DNA from: Myxococcales bacterium
GTDB taxonomy: Bacteria > Myxococcota_A > Polyangia > Polyangiales > DASUME01
DNA length: 64,000 bases
NCBI GenBank assembly: GCA_047601445.1
Contig: JASGJH010000001.1
Coordinates: 8,672,001-8,736,000 of the forward strand
Direction of reading: 5' to 3'
In this document: positions 39,818-49,630 of the stretch, piece after piece
Layout: each line of letters opens with the position of its first letter
How positions within the stretch are numbered: position 1 is the first letter of the stretch
Position numbers and translations under genes: made by a program
Notes under the pieces: model-generated
What the model was told of the DNA's origin: nothing
The model's database searches: none
What the model saw: only the letters and a program-made list of their open reading frames with translations

Positions 39818-41695
39818 ATGCGCGTTCACTGGGGACTGCTCGGTCTGCTGACGCTGACTTCGATGGGCTGCGGCTGCGGTGGGGACAAGGCGGCCCGCGG
39901 CGTGGCGACGCGCGACGCGGGGGCCAAGCTCGACGCGCAGGCCAGCACTGCCAACATCCCCAAGGCCAGCGAAGCGCATGCCTTCGTGGAGTCCACCGAT
40001 CGCGAGCTGCGCCGGCTCGTGGTCGCCGCCTCCGAGGCCGACTGGGAAAAGAGCACCAACATCACCGAGGGCACGGAGCAAGCGGCGGCCAAGGCCAACG
40101 AGGCAGTGATGGCCTTCATGAGCAAAGCCATCCGTGACTCCGTGCGCTTCCGCGACGTGCCCGACATCGACCCTCGCGATGCTCGCCAGCTCGAGCTGCT
40201 GCGCCGCGGCGCCTCGTTGCCTGCTCCGGATGACCCCGCGAAGCGCGAGGAACTCGCCAACATCGCGGCCAAGATGGAGAGCCTCTACGGCAAGGGCAAG
40301 TACTGCAAGGGCGACAAGCCCGAGGACTGCCGCGACCTCGAGGAGCTCACCGACCTGTTCGCCAAGAGCCACGACTACGACGCGCTCTACGACGCCTGGC
40401 AAGGCTGGCACCAGATCGGCAAGGAGATCCGGCCGCTCTACACGCGCTACGTGGAGCTCGCCAACGAGGGCGCCCGCACCATCGGCTATCGCGACCTCGG
40501 CGATCTCTGGCGCTCGCGCTACGACATGAGCGCCCAAGAGTTCAGCGACGTGGCCGCGCGTCTCTACGACCAGGTGAGTCCGCTTTACAAGGCGTTGCAC
40601 TGCCATGTCCGTGCGCGGCTGGTGAAGATCTACGGCAAGGAGAAGGTGCCCGAGGACGGCCTGATTCCGGCCCATTTGCTCGGCAATATGTGGGCGCAGG
40701 AGTGGGGCAACCTGTACTGGAACCTCGAGCCGTTCGCGGGCCAAGGAGAGCTCGACGTCACGCCGGCGCTGGTCAAACAGAAGTACGACGAAGTACGCAT
40801 GGTCAAGCTCGGCGAAGCCTTCTTCGTCTCGGTCGGCCTGCCGCTCTTGCCCGAGACCTTCTGGCAGCGCTCCATGTTCAAGAAGCCCAAGGGCCGCGAG
40901 GTGGTCTGTCACGCCAGCGCTTGGGACGTGAACTACAACGACGATCTGCGCATCAAGATGTGCATCAAGATCAACCAGGACGATCTCATCACCATCCATC
41001 ACGAGCTCGGCCACGACTACTACTTCTCGCAGTACTACACGCTGCCGATGCTGTTCCAGGACGGCGCCCACGATGGCTTTCACGAGGCGATCGGCGATGC
41101 TATCGCGCTCTCCATCACGCCCGCCTATCTGAAGCAGGTGGGCTTGCTCAAGAGCGTGTCCAACAACGAACAGGGCATGCTCAACCAGCTCATGCAGGAC
41201 GCCCTCGAAAAGGTGGCGTTCTTGCCGTTCGGCAAGCTCATCGACGAGTGGCGCTGGAAGGTGTTCTCCGGCGAGATCCCGCCCGAGAGATACAACCGAG
41301 CCTGGTGGGAGCTGCGCGCCAAGTATCAGGGCGTCGGACCCGCGCAGCCGCGCGGCGAGGAGTACTTCGATCCGGGCGCCAAGTATCACATCCCTGCCAA
41401 CGTGCCCTACACGCGTTACTTCCTGGCCACCGTGCTGCAGTACCAGTTTCACCGCGCGATGTGCCGTTTGGCCGGACACGAAGGGCCGCTCTACACCTGC
41501 TCCATCTACGGGAACAAGGCAGCGGGCGAGAAACTCAAGCAGATGCTCGCGCTGGGCGCTCAGAAGCCCTGGCCCGACGCGCTCGAGGTCCTCACGGGCC
41601 AGCGCGAGATGGATGCCTCGGCCATCCTCGACTACTACCAGCCCTTGCTCGACTGGCTGAACAAGCAGAACGAGGGCCGTCATTGCGGCTGGTAA
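39818..41695 (+). CDS. M2-family peptidyl-dipeptidase A (ACE-like) lipoprotein
   Basis: PAHLLGNMWAQ, CHASAWD, HHELGH, GFHEAIGD, FDPGAKYH. Confidence 0.95.
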   Translation: MRVHWGLLGLLTLTSMGCGCGGDKAARGVATRDAGAKLDAQASTANIPKASEAHAFVESTDRELRRLVVAASEADWEKSTNITEGTEQAAAKANEAVMAFMSKAIRDSVRFRDVPDIDPRDARQLELLRRGASLPAPDDPAKREELANIAAKMESLYGKGKYCKGDKPEDCRDLEELTDLFAKSHDYDALYDAWQGWHQIGKEIRPLYTRYVELANEGARTIGYRDLGDLWRSRYDMSAQEFSDVAARLYDQVSPLYKALHCHVRARLVKIYGKEKVPEDGLIPAHLLGNMWAQEWGNLYWNLEPFAGQGELDVTPALVKQKYDEVRMVKLGEAFFVSVGLPLLPETFWQRSMFKKPKGREVVCHASAWDVNYNDDLRIKMCIKINQDDLITIHHELGHDYYFSQYYTLPMLFQDGAHDGFHEAIGDAIALSITPAYLKQVGLLKSVSNNEQGMLNQLMQDALEKVAFLPFGKLIDEWRWKVFSGEIPPERYNRAWWELRAKYQGVGPAQPRGEEYFDPGAKYHIPANVPYTRYFLATVLQYQFHRAMCRLAGHEGPLYTCSIYGNKAAGEKLKQMLALGAQKPWPDALEVLTGQREMDASAILDYYQPLLDWLNKQNEGRHCGW

Positions 41696-41756
41696 TGGGA
41701 AAAGGCGCGTGCCCTCGGGCGCATGCACGTGCACGATCTGCGAGGTCGGACATCCC

Positions 41757-41838
41757 CGTGAGCGAAGCGAACCTCGCGGTGGGGTGGGCCCCGTCGCGGC
41801 GTTGCAGCGACGGGCGGGGAGGTCTCGTGACCTCCCCG
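41757..41838. repeat. 82-bp extragenic palindromic element, copy 1
   Basis: 74/82 identical to 62273-62354 by manual alignment. Confidence 0.9.
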
Positions 41839-41866
41839 TCCATGGGCGGCGTGACCTCCCTCTTAA

Positions 41867-42574
41867 TCAGGTCCCGTTCTTGCCGCGGAAGCGGTAACCC
41901 ACGCCGCGGATGGTTTCCACGTAGGAACCCGCGTCGCCGAGCTTCTCGCGCAGACGCTTCACGTGGGTATCCACGGTGCGCGTGGTCACGTCCGCGTGCA
42001 CGCCCCAGACGTCCTCGAGCAGCTGCGAGCGCGTCTGCACGCGGCCGCGCCGGCTGAGCAACGTGTGAAGCAGGCGGAACTCGAGGGCGGTCAGCGCGGT
42101 CTCGGAGCCGTCGACCCACACCTGATGGGCCTCGGGATCCACGCGCAGGCGCTCGAACTGCTGTTCGCCCACGGGCGAAGCGACCTTCGTGACCTTGGTG
42201 CGCCGGAGCAGGGCCCTGACCCGCAGGATCAGCTCGCGGACGCTGAAGGGCTTGGAGACGTAGTCGTCTGCCCCCAGCTCGAAGGCCACCACGCGGTCGA
42301 TCTCGCTGTCCTTGGCGGTCAGGAAGATGATCGGCGTGGAGCGGGTGGTCTCCGTGCGGCGCAGCTCGCGACAGACCTCGGTGCCTGCCAGGTCAGGCAG
42401 CATCAAGTCCAGCACGATCAGATCGGGATCGGGTCCGCCCGAGATGGCATCGATCGCCCCGCGACCGGTGTCGACGTGGCGCGTTGCAAAGCCCTCTTGC
42501 TCGAAGCTGTAGGCGATGATGTTCGCCAGCTCCGCTTCATCATCCACGATCAGAATCAACGGCTTTGCTTCCAT
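41867..42574 (-). CDS. PhoB-like OmpR-family response regulator
   Basis: IVDDE, LDLMLP, GADDYVSKPFS, TRTVDTHVKRLREKL, ETIRGVGY; alternative start 42664 with GAGGAG. Confidence 0.9.
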   Translation of the reverse strand: MEAKPLILIVDDEAELANIIAYSFEQEGFATRHVDTGRGAIDAISGGPDPDLIVLDLMLPDLAGTEVCRELRRTETTRSTPIIFLTAKDSEIDRVVAFELGADDYVSKPFSVRELILRVRALLRRTKVTKVASPVGEQQFERLRVDPEAHQVWVDGSETALTALEFRLLHTLLSRRGRVQTRSQLLEDVWGVHADVTTRTVDTHVKRLREKLGDAGSYVETIRGVGYRFRGKNGT

Positions 42575-42623
42575 GACGCCCGGCTGTCGAGTCGCAAGGC
42601 TGCTGCCTCTCGCTGGCGGTGGG

Positions 42624-42652
42624 GCGACGCTTGGGTAACGTTCCGGTGACAA
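42624..42652 (-). promoter_or_regulatory. Candidate Pho-box-like direct repeats
   Basis: GTCAC-N6-GTTAC-N6-GTCGC at 11-bp period on the minus strand. Confidence 0.4.
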
Positions 42653-43107
42653 ATCCCCATTCATGGGACGGCACTCCTCGGAAACTAGGGGGTGGGGGTG
42701 TCCGACCTGTGGGTTGCGCGGGGCGACCGACCTATCGTCACGTGCGGCCACCCTGCCGTGAGCAGGCGACGATCCCGATGCGCCTGGGTGGCAAGTCAGT
42801 GACATTCCCCACTCGGGTGAGGTGAGCCGACCGACCACGTTGCCGTCCTGAAAATGGATGGAGGGCAGGCTTACGCTTGCTCGACCTTTGACAGCCCGAC
42901 CCGCCTTTGAGACCCTTCTCAGGTGGGTGTGTATGGGGGATGCAAGTCGCTGCGATTGCAGCGGATTGTGACCTGCGCTTGCACGTAGAAGCAGCCTGTT
43001 TTGGGCTCTCCCAGGTCTGTACGTAGGTGATTTTGGTTTCGTCGTAACTCGATCTCCCCGGCGCCTGCCTCCGTGATGGGGTGGGGGGGAGTCCAAAAGG
43101 ACAGCTC

Positions 43108-45759
43108 ATGCGGCGACGGATTGGTCGGCTTGCTGCGGTGGTGACCGCGGCCGTGGTTTGGTTTGAAGCGAGTACCGGTTTGGCAGACGTGCGAACGGAT
43201 GCGCGCCGCGAGTTTCGAGCCGGTATGGCCTTGGTGGCGAACGGCCAGTACGACGAGGGCATTTCGCACCTCGAGCAGGCCTACGACATCCTTCCCCACC
43301 CGAACGTCCTCTACAACATCGCGCTCGCGCATATGTACGCGGGCCGCGCGGACGCCGCCCTCTACTACTTCGAGCGCTACAAGGAGACCGCCCCGGCCGG
43401 CGACGCCCAAGAAGTCGACACCCTGATGAGCACGCTGAAGCAGTCGACCGCGGTGGCCACGGCCAAGCCCGACGCCAGCAAGCCGGCGACGACCTCCGCT
43501 GCGGGCACCACCGACGCCACCAAGCCTGCCGTCAATAACTCCGACACGATCGCCTCGATCGAGAAGTCGGCCGAAGAGCTCCGCAAGCTGGCCGATGCCT
43601 CCAGCAGCGACGCCCTGCGCGGCTATGCCGAAGAGCTCCAGCGCGCCGCTCAGCGCCTGCGCGAGCAGCAGAGCACCCAGCCGGCCACCACGGCGCCCAC
43701 GACGGACACCGCTCCCGTGGCCACGGCTCCGGCCCAGGCCGCTCCGGTCAAGCCCGCCGTGCCCACCAAGGCCGCTGCCGAGGGCATGTACGAAGAAGAG
43801 GTCGTGTCCGCGTCGCGCTTCGCGCAGTCGCCCCTCGATGCTCCCAACGCCACCAGCATCATCACTGCCCAGGACATCCGCATGACGGGTCTCACCAACC
43901 TGGGTGACCTGCTGCGCCGCGTCGCGGGCGTCGAAGTGGCCTCGGTAACGCCGAACCACACCGAAGTCTCGATCCGCGGCTTGAATCGCCGTCAGTCCAA
44001 CAAGGTGCTGCTCCTCATCGACGGCCGCCCTCAGCGTCTCGATTTCCTCGGCGCCAGCTGGTACGACATGCTGCCCGTCTCGCTCGAAGACGTGGAACGC
44101 GTCGAAATCATCCGCGGTCCTGCGTCCGCCGTGTACGGTGCAGACGCGTTCTCCGGCGTGATCAACATCATCACCAAGGCGCCCGGCGAGGGAGACAACT
44201 TCGTGGCCGCCCAGGGTGGCAACCACGGTCAGGGGCGCGCGGTCGCGTCGTTCCGCGGCAAGAACGGCAACCTCTCCTACCACTTCGGCGCCGGCTACAA
44301 GCAGGCCTACAACTCCGTGCTCGACGTGGGCAAGAACCGCGTCGACGTGGAGCCGGTGGACGAAGACTTCGCCAGGAGCATCAAGAACACCTGGGCCAAT
44401 GGCGAAATGCGCTACGAGTTCGAGAAGAAGGCCGTGGCTACCGTGGGTGCCAACGTCTTCACCGGTGACCTCACGCTGCAGGGCTTCTCGCGCCTCGGTC
44501 AAGTGAGCGCGCCCAACAGCACCCGCAGCAACGTCTACGCGAACGTCGTGACGCCCGTGGGTATCCGCCTGGCCACCTGGTGGGATCACACCGACGGCAA
44601 CGCGGCCTCTTCGGCGGTGACGCCGGGCGCCATCGAGCTGATCGGTTACGGCATCAAGCAGGACATCGCCGACGTCGATCTCTCCTGGAGCGGCAACTTC
44701 AAGCTGCTGTTCCCGCACGCCGTCACGGTGGGCGCCAACTATCGCTACAAGGCCATTCAGTGGCCCTGGCTCGATGACAACCACACCCAGAATCACTTCG
44801 GTGCCTATCTGCAGGACGTGATGCAGGTGGCCAAGCGGGTGCGCGTGCAGCTCGGCGCCCGCGTCGACCACCACCCGCTGTTGAGTTCGCTGCAGTTCTC
44901 GCCGCGCGGCTCCATCGTGTATCGCTTCGTCGACGACCAGTCGCTGCGCGTCAGCGCGGGTCGCGCGTTCCGTGGCCCGTCCTTCATGGAGTCCTACCTG
45001 GACCTGCCGAACCCCGCACCCCTGCGCGGCGTGAGCGCGCTGGGTCTAGGCAACGACAAGCTCGATCCCGAGAGCATCATCTCCTACGAAATCGGCTACC
45101 AGAACCAGGCCTCGGACTACTTCCAGTTGGAAGCCAACGCCTACATGAACATGGTGAAGAACGCGATCCTCTTCACCGACATCCGGCGCTACACGCTCGG
45201 CGACTTCGCCAACAAGACCGACGGCGTGGCTCAGTTCGATCCCACCATCGACGCGTTCCCCGTCAGCTCGCTCGCGTTCACGAACGAGCGCGCGACCTTC
45301 CGCCAGCTCGGTGGTGAACTCGGCGCACGTTTCTACCCGATCAAGGGCCTCGACGTGTACGCCAACTACTCGATCAACGACACGCGCCCCTTGAACGACA
45401 AGGAGAAGGCCAAGATCGACCCGGTGCGCGCCAAGGAGCAACAGACCAGCCTTCACAAGGTCAACGTGGGCTTGCAGTACCGCGCCGACTTCGGCCTCGA
45501 CGTCTCGGGCGATCTCTCGTGGTTCAGTCCGCAGGTGTGGGTCGAGCAGGTCACGGATCTCGAAACCGGCGTGCGCTTCCAGACCTTCAACCAGCCCTCG
45601 TTCGTGATGGTCAACGGGCGCCTCGGCTACCGACTGCTCTCCGACAGGCTCGAGCTCGGCGTGGTGGGCACCAACCTGGGCTTCCAGGACAAGCGCCAGC
45701 ACCCCTTCGGCCAGATCATCGACACCCGCGTGCTCGGCACCGCCAAGTTCCGCTTCTGA
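43108..45759 (+). CDS. TonB-dependent receptor with N-terminal TPR domain and Ala/Thr/Pro linker
   Basis: Signal peptide, TPR helices (VLYNIALAH), VVSASR, VERVEIIRGPASAVYGADAFSGVINIIT, terminal KFRF. Confidence 0.92.
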   Translation: MRRRIGRLAAVVTAAVVWFEASTGLADVRTDARREFRAGMALVANGQYDEGISHLEQAYDILPHPNVLYNIALAHMYAGRADAALYYFERYKETAPAGDAQEVDTLMSTLKQSTAVATAKPDASKPATTSAAGTTDATKPAVNNSDTIASIEKSAEELRKLADASSSDALRGYAEELQRAAQRLREQQSTQPATTAPTTDTAPVATAPAQAAPVKPAVPTKAAAEGMYEEEVVSASRFAQSPLDAPNATSIITAQDIRMTGLTNLGDLLRRVAGVEVASVTPNHTEVSIRGLNRRQSNKVLLLIDGRPQRLDFLGASWYDMLPVSLEDVERVEIIRGPASAVYGADAFSGVINIITKAPGEGDNFVAAQGGNHGQGRAVASFRGKNGNLSYHFGAGYKQAYNSVLDVGKNRVDVEPVDEDFARSIKNTWANGEMRYEFEKKAVATVGANVFTGDLTLQGFSRLGQVSAPNSTRSNVYANVVTPVGIRLATWWDHTDGNAASSAVTPGAIELIGYGIKQDIADVDLSWSGNFKLLFPHAVTVGANYRYKAIQWPWLDDNHTQNHFGAYLQDVMQVAKRVRVQLGARVDHHPLLSSLQFSPRGSIVYRFVDDQSLRVSAGRAFRGPSFMESYLDLPNPAPLRGVSALGLGNDKLDPESIISYEIGYQNQASDYFQLEANAYMNMVKNAILFTDIRRYTLGDFANKTDGVAQFDPTIDAFPVSSLAFTNERATFRQLGGELGARFYPIKGLDVYANYSINDTRPLNDKEKAKIDPVRAKEQQTSLHKVNVGLQYRADFGLDVSGDLSWFSPQVWVEQVTDLETGVRFQTFNQPSFVMVNGRLGYRLLSDRLELGVVGTNLGFQDKRQHPFGQIIDTRVLGTAKFRF

Positions 45760-45774
45760 TTGGAAGGCATGAGT

Positions 45775-47655
45775 ATGAAACGCCAAATGCGAAATTCTCG
45801 TCTCGCGCGCCTCGTGCCGATGACCGCCTTCGGGCTCTCGTTGCTATCCGGCTGTGACAAGCCGGTCCAAGACGACTTCAAGAGTGAGGGCGGTATCTCT
45901 CCGGATCCCACCGGGATCATCGAGGGCAGCGTGCTCTACATCGGTCCGCGTCCCGCCTGCGAGTACAAGGGCGACCGGGCCGAGAGCGTGATCGGCCGCG
46001 TGATCCTCACGATGTTCATCTACGACAACCCGCCGCCTCCCGAGGGGCGTGCCACCACGGCCGAGAACCTGTTGGCGATCTCCGGCGACAAGATCTTCTC
46101 GCTGCAGGACTGCGCGCCCCAGGGGGCAGGACCCGACTTCGCCCACCCGATCATGCGCTCGGTGCCCTTCCGCTGGCCGCAGATCGAGCTCAAGCACGAC
46201 GCCCGCGATTTCCAGATCCGCGGCTTCTACGACTACGACGCCGACATGAACCCGTTCTTCTCGGTGACGAACCTGCCGACGGCTGGTGACATCGCGGGCG
46301 CCGCGGTCGTGAACCTGAAAGACACCGTCCCGAGCTTCCTGCGCATCTCGATGCCGTCGTTGGACAAGGCGCGCGACGGCTACATCAAGACCGGCGTGAC
46401 GGTGGCCCTGGCCAACCCCGTGTGGACCGAGCGCCCGCTGTTCAAGCTGGTGGACACCGATCGTCAGATGGGCGCCGAGACCCCGCTGCCCCTCGAAGTC
46501 GACTACTCCATCTTGGCACCCAAGACCCCGGAGACCCTGATCAACACCTGGAAGCTCACCTGCGGCACCAAGGACGCCCCGGGCTGCGGCTTCTCGCTCC
46601 TGAGCCTCGATGCGGCCGCCGATGGGCCGAAGCTCGCGGCCTCGGGCGTGAACGTCGACTTCAGCCCACAGCGCTACGCGTTCAACGTGACCCCGGTGGA
46701 CATCAAGACCGTGGTGGACGGCGGGCCTGACTTGAACAAGCCCGACGGCGTGGTGGATCCGCATCCGTTGCTGGGCGCTACCTTGCCCGTGCCCTTCGAG
46801 CTTCCCTTCGTGATCCTGCAGCGGCGGCCCGAGACGCCCGAGCAGGGCAAGATCGAGACCGCCGCCAAGATCCCGCCGGTGACCATGCTCGGCGCGACGC
46901 TGCCCTCCGAGACCGGGACCAAGAAGGTCTTCGCGGGCAAGATGAACATCGCCATCCCGCCGATCGCGGTGGTGGAGCTCGATCCGACCAACCCCGCATG
47001 CCGCGTGCCCTACGCGCCTGCCGGCAACAGCACGGCCACGTACGAGGCTCGTGTCTCCTACTGCCACGACCTACCCACCGGTGTGTTCGGCGTGAACGTG
47101 CTGCACGGCATCGCCGGTGGTCAGCCACAGGCAGCCGATCCCAGCGTGAGCGACAACGGCCTCACGATCGTGGGCGGAGGCTCCTCGGGTCAGGCCTGGA
47201 CGCTTCCGAACCAGCTCGCCGATGAGACCCAGGTGGGCGAGGAGAACGTCCTCGCGCACCAGGGAACGGATGCTCTCTTCGTGGTTCACGATCCGAACCC
47301 GGGTGTGCAGAACGACTGCAAGCAGGCGCTCGATCCGGTCCTGCTGCAGACCCGTGACGTCAAGTACAAGCAGGTCTGTCAGCCCGGCCAGGCCTCTGGC
47401 AACGAGTCGGCGGGCCTGTACGGCACGCTCAAGGGCATCGACGGCAGCGAGTGCCTTCAGCAGGCCTGCTGCGACAACGTCAAGCACCTGTGCAACCTGC
47501 CCCTGTGCGAGGTCTACCAGGAGCGCGGCTTGAACGTGCGCAAGAGCCCGACCTCGCTCACGACCCGCAAGGTCGATGGACACGAGGTCCAGGTGCCCAA
47601 CTGCGTGCCCTTCGACATCCCGCAGCTCTGCTGCGAAGACGTGATCGTGGAGTAG
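45775..47655 (+). CDS. Large lipoprotein with Cys-rich C-terminus, co-oriented with the TonB receptor
   Basis: Lipobox LSGC; 15 bp after the receptor stop. Confidence 0.75.
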   Translation: MKRQMRNSRLARLVPMTAFGLSLLSGCDKPVQDDFKSEGGISPDPTGIIEGSVLYIGPRPACEYKGDRAESVIGRVILTMFIYDNPPPPEGRATTAENLLAISGDKIFSLQDCAPQGAGPDFAHPIMRSVPFRWPQIELKHDARDFQIRGFYDYDADMNPFFSVTNLPTAGDIAGAAVVNLKDTVPSFLRISMPSLDKARDGYIKTGVTVALANPVWTERPLFKLVDTDRQMGAETPLPLEVDYSILAPKTPETLINTWKLTCGTKDAPGCGFSLLSLDAAADGPKLAASGVNVDFSPQRYAFNVTPVDIKTVVDGGPDLNKPDGVVDPHPLLGATLPVPFELPFVILQRRPETPEQGKIETAAKIPPVTMLGATLPSETGTKKVFAGKMNIAIPPIAVVELDPTNPACRVPYAPAGNSTATYEARVSYCHDLPTGVFGVNVLHGIAGGQPQAADPSVSDNGLTIVGGGSSGQAWTLPNQLADETQVGEENVLAHQGTDALFVVHDPNPGVQNDCKQALDPVLLQTRDVKYKQVCQPGQASGNESAGLYGTLKGIDGSECLQQACCDNVKHLCNLPLCEVYQERGLNVRKSPTSLTTRKVDGHEVQVPNCVPFDIPQLCCEDVIVE

Positions 47656-47656
47656 T

Positions 47657-47682
47657 CGGGGGAGGTCACGCGACCTCTCCCG
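47657..47682. repeat. Short hairpin module of the palindromic repeat family
   Basis: ggggaggtcacgcgacctctccc; related partial copy at 23797-23814. Confidence 0.75.
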
Positions 47683-47793
47683 CTCGTCTGGGCGTGCGTG
47701 TGCCCGCCGTCGGCGTGAACTTTGAACGGCGACGGCGACATGGGCGGCCTGCTTCTGACGCCCTGAGCAGCAGCGTCAACGCGGGTCGCTACT

Positions 47794-48423
47794 TCACTCG
47801 TCCTTGCCGGACTGACCGGTGAAGTAGTCGCCCTTGTTCTTGAAGAGCACGTTGAAGGTGGTCAACGAGCCGTAGCACTGGGTGACGTACTGCTGCATCT
47901 GCAGCCGGTCTTCATCGCTCAGCTTGTCGTTGTTGTTGATCTTCTGCTCGAGCACGCGCAGCTTCTCGCGGATCAGCACGATCTTGCGGAACAGGCTGTC
48001 GATGGGGATGCGCTTCTCCTGCGTGCCCTGCTTGCCCGGTACGAGTACCACCTCGCCGCCCAGCCAGCGTTCACCCAGCTCGATATCGCGCAGGCCCAGC
48101 TCGTCGAGCAGGATCTCGCGCAGCACGTTGCGAAACTCTTCTTGGTCCATATCGATGCCTACCTCCGATGGGATGGCGGGACGCAGTGCCAGCGGGTTGG
48201 GCTCGGAGCGGTCGGGCCCACGCGCCGCGCGCTCACGGGCGCGCGGCTTGGGAGCCTGTCCCGGAGCCTGATGACTGGCGCAGGTGGCCGTGTCCTTCAA
48301 TGGAGCGGGCCAGCAGCCGAGCCGACACTCCCCGAAGCCGGTACCGCTCTCATCCACGCGCAGACGCATGTAGAAGATGCAGGTGCCGCAGCGGCCGGTG
48401 AGATCGCGTCCGGGGGTGCTCAC
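47794..48423 (-). CDS. Hypothetical protein with N-terminal Cys cluster and helical C-terminal domain
   Basis: CGTC...C...C...CASH; high GC3 codon bias. Confidence 0.7.
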   Translation of the reverse strand: MSTPGRDLTGRCGTCIFYMRLRVDESGTGFGECRLGCWPAPLKDTATCASHQAPGQAPKPRARERAARGPDRSEPNPLALRPAIPSEVGIDMDQEEFRNVLREILLDELGLRDIELGERWLGGEVVLVPGKQGTQEKRIPIDSLFRKIVLIREKLRVLEQKINNNDKLSDEDRLQMQQYVTQCYGSLTTFNVLFKNKGDYFTGQSGKDE

Positions 48424-48439
48424 GATTGCTCGCCCCTGT

Positions 48440-49420
48440 TCAAGCGGTGGCTTCGAACTCGAGGCGCTCGGAGTTGGTGCCCGTGTCGCTCAGGTGGCTA
48501 TCCGACGCCACGGCCTTCTTGGGCTTACCGGGCGGGTTCATGGGCCCCGGTCCGATCTGCTCGGTGCCGAGCGAGGGCACGAGCGGCGACAGGAAGTACT
48601 GCTTGCACCAGTACCACCACAAACTCTGCTGTACGAGCTCCGGGTGGATCTTGTCCGAGACCGAGGCGTGAAGCTGCGGCAGGCGGGTCCAATGGACGCC
48701 GGGATGTTCGTGGTGTGCGCCGTGGTAGCCGTTGTTGAACAGCAGGTAGTTGAGCACCGGGCTCACGAACGAGCGCGAGTGGTTGTGCTCCGAGAACGGA
48801 TCCGTGTGGGCGTGCTGATCGTAGTTGAACAGCATGATCGTATACAGCGAGAACAAGGCCGGAACGCCGATGGACATGGCCCACACGTAGGCGCCCGTGG
48901 AGAGGCCGTGCAGGGCAACGGCGAGGCCGAACAGGAGCACGTAGGCCCCGATCCAGACGGCGTACTGGCTCAGAATGCGCCGGTAAAGGGCGGGGTTCTT
49001 GGCCTTGGCCTGCCGGATGTAGGCGTTGATGGGCTCGCTTTGGTAGTACGCCGAAACGAAGAAGTAGCTCAGCGCGACCCACAGGGTGTGACGGTTGGTG
49101 AAGCGCCAGGTGATGGTCGCGTCGCCCTCGGTGTTGACGTAGCGATGGTGGTTCAGGTTGTGGGTCGGGACCCACGCGAAGGTGGGATAGCCGTAGAAGA
49201 CGCTCAGCCAGAGCCCGAACGCGTTGTTCGCTCGCTTGTCCGAAAACGTCGGGCAGTGATTGTGGTTGTGAGCGATCACGCCGCAGGCCAGCGCAAAGTA
49301 ACAGCTCAGCCAGCACAGGTACGGAACCAGGGCGGGATTGGCGAACTGCGCGGCGACGAGGGCGGGGGCGAGGAGCACCCAGACCAGGGTGCGGTAGTCA
49401 GCAGAATTCCGAGGCAGCAT
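48440..49420 (-). CDS. Membrane fatty acid desaturase
   Basis: His boxes HNHNH, HNLNHH, HGAHH; AGGAG RBS. Confidence 0.88.
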   Translation of the reverse strand: MLPRNSADYRTLVWVLLAPALVAAQFANPALVPYLCWLSCYFALACGVIAHNHNHCPTFSDKRANNAFGLWLSVFYGYPTFAWVPTHNLNHHRYVNTEGDATITWRFTNRHTLWVALSYFFVSAYYQSEPINAYIRQAKAKNPALYRRILSQYAVWIGAYVLLFGLAVALHGLSTGAYVWAMSIGVPALFSLYTIMLFNYDQHAHTDPFSEHNHSRSFVSPVLNYLLFNNGYHGAHHEHPGVHWTRLPQLHASVSDKIHPELVQQSLWWYWCKQYFLSPLVPSLGTEQIGPGPMNPPGKPKKAVASDSHLSDTGTNSERLEFEATA

Positions 49421-49630
49421 GGGGCTCCTGGCAAGCACCCTGGCGCGTGAAGTCGCGGGACCAGGGGAGCCAGTCGACACGGGCACTGGGGTGCTTCGCC
49501 GCCGGCGCCCCAGCTCTTACCACGCTCTTCCCTCGAGGTACCAGTCGGTGACGCAATCTTCCCGCGCCTGTGGAGAGACAGGGTTGGGAGCTGTGCGCCC
49601 CATTCTCGTCCGGGTCGGGTCCCCGGGAGC

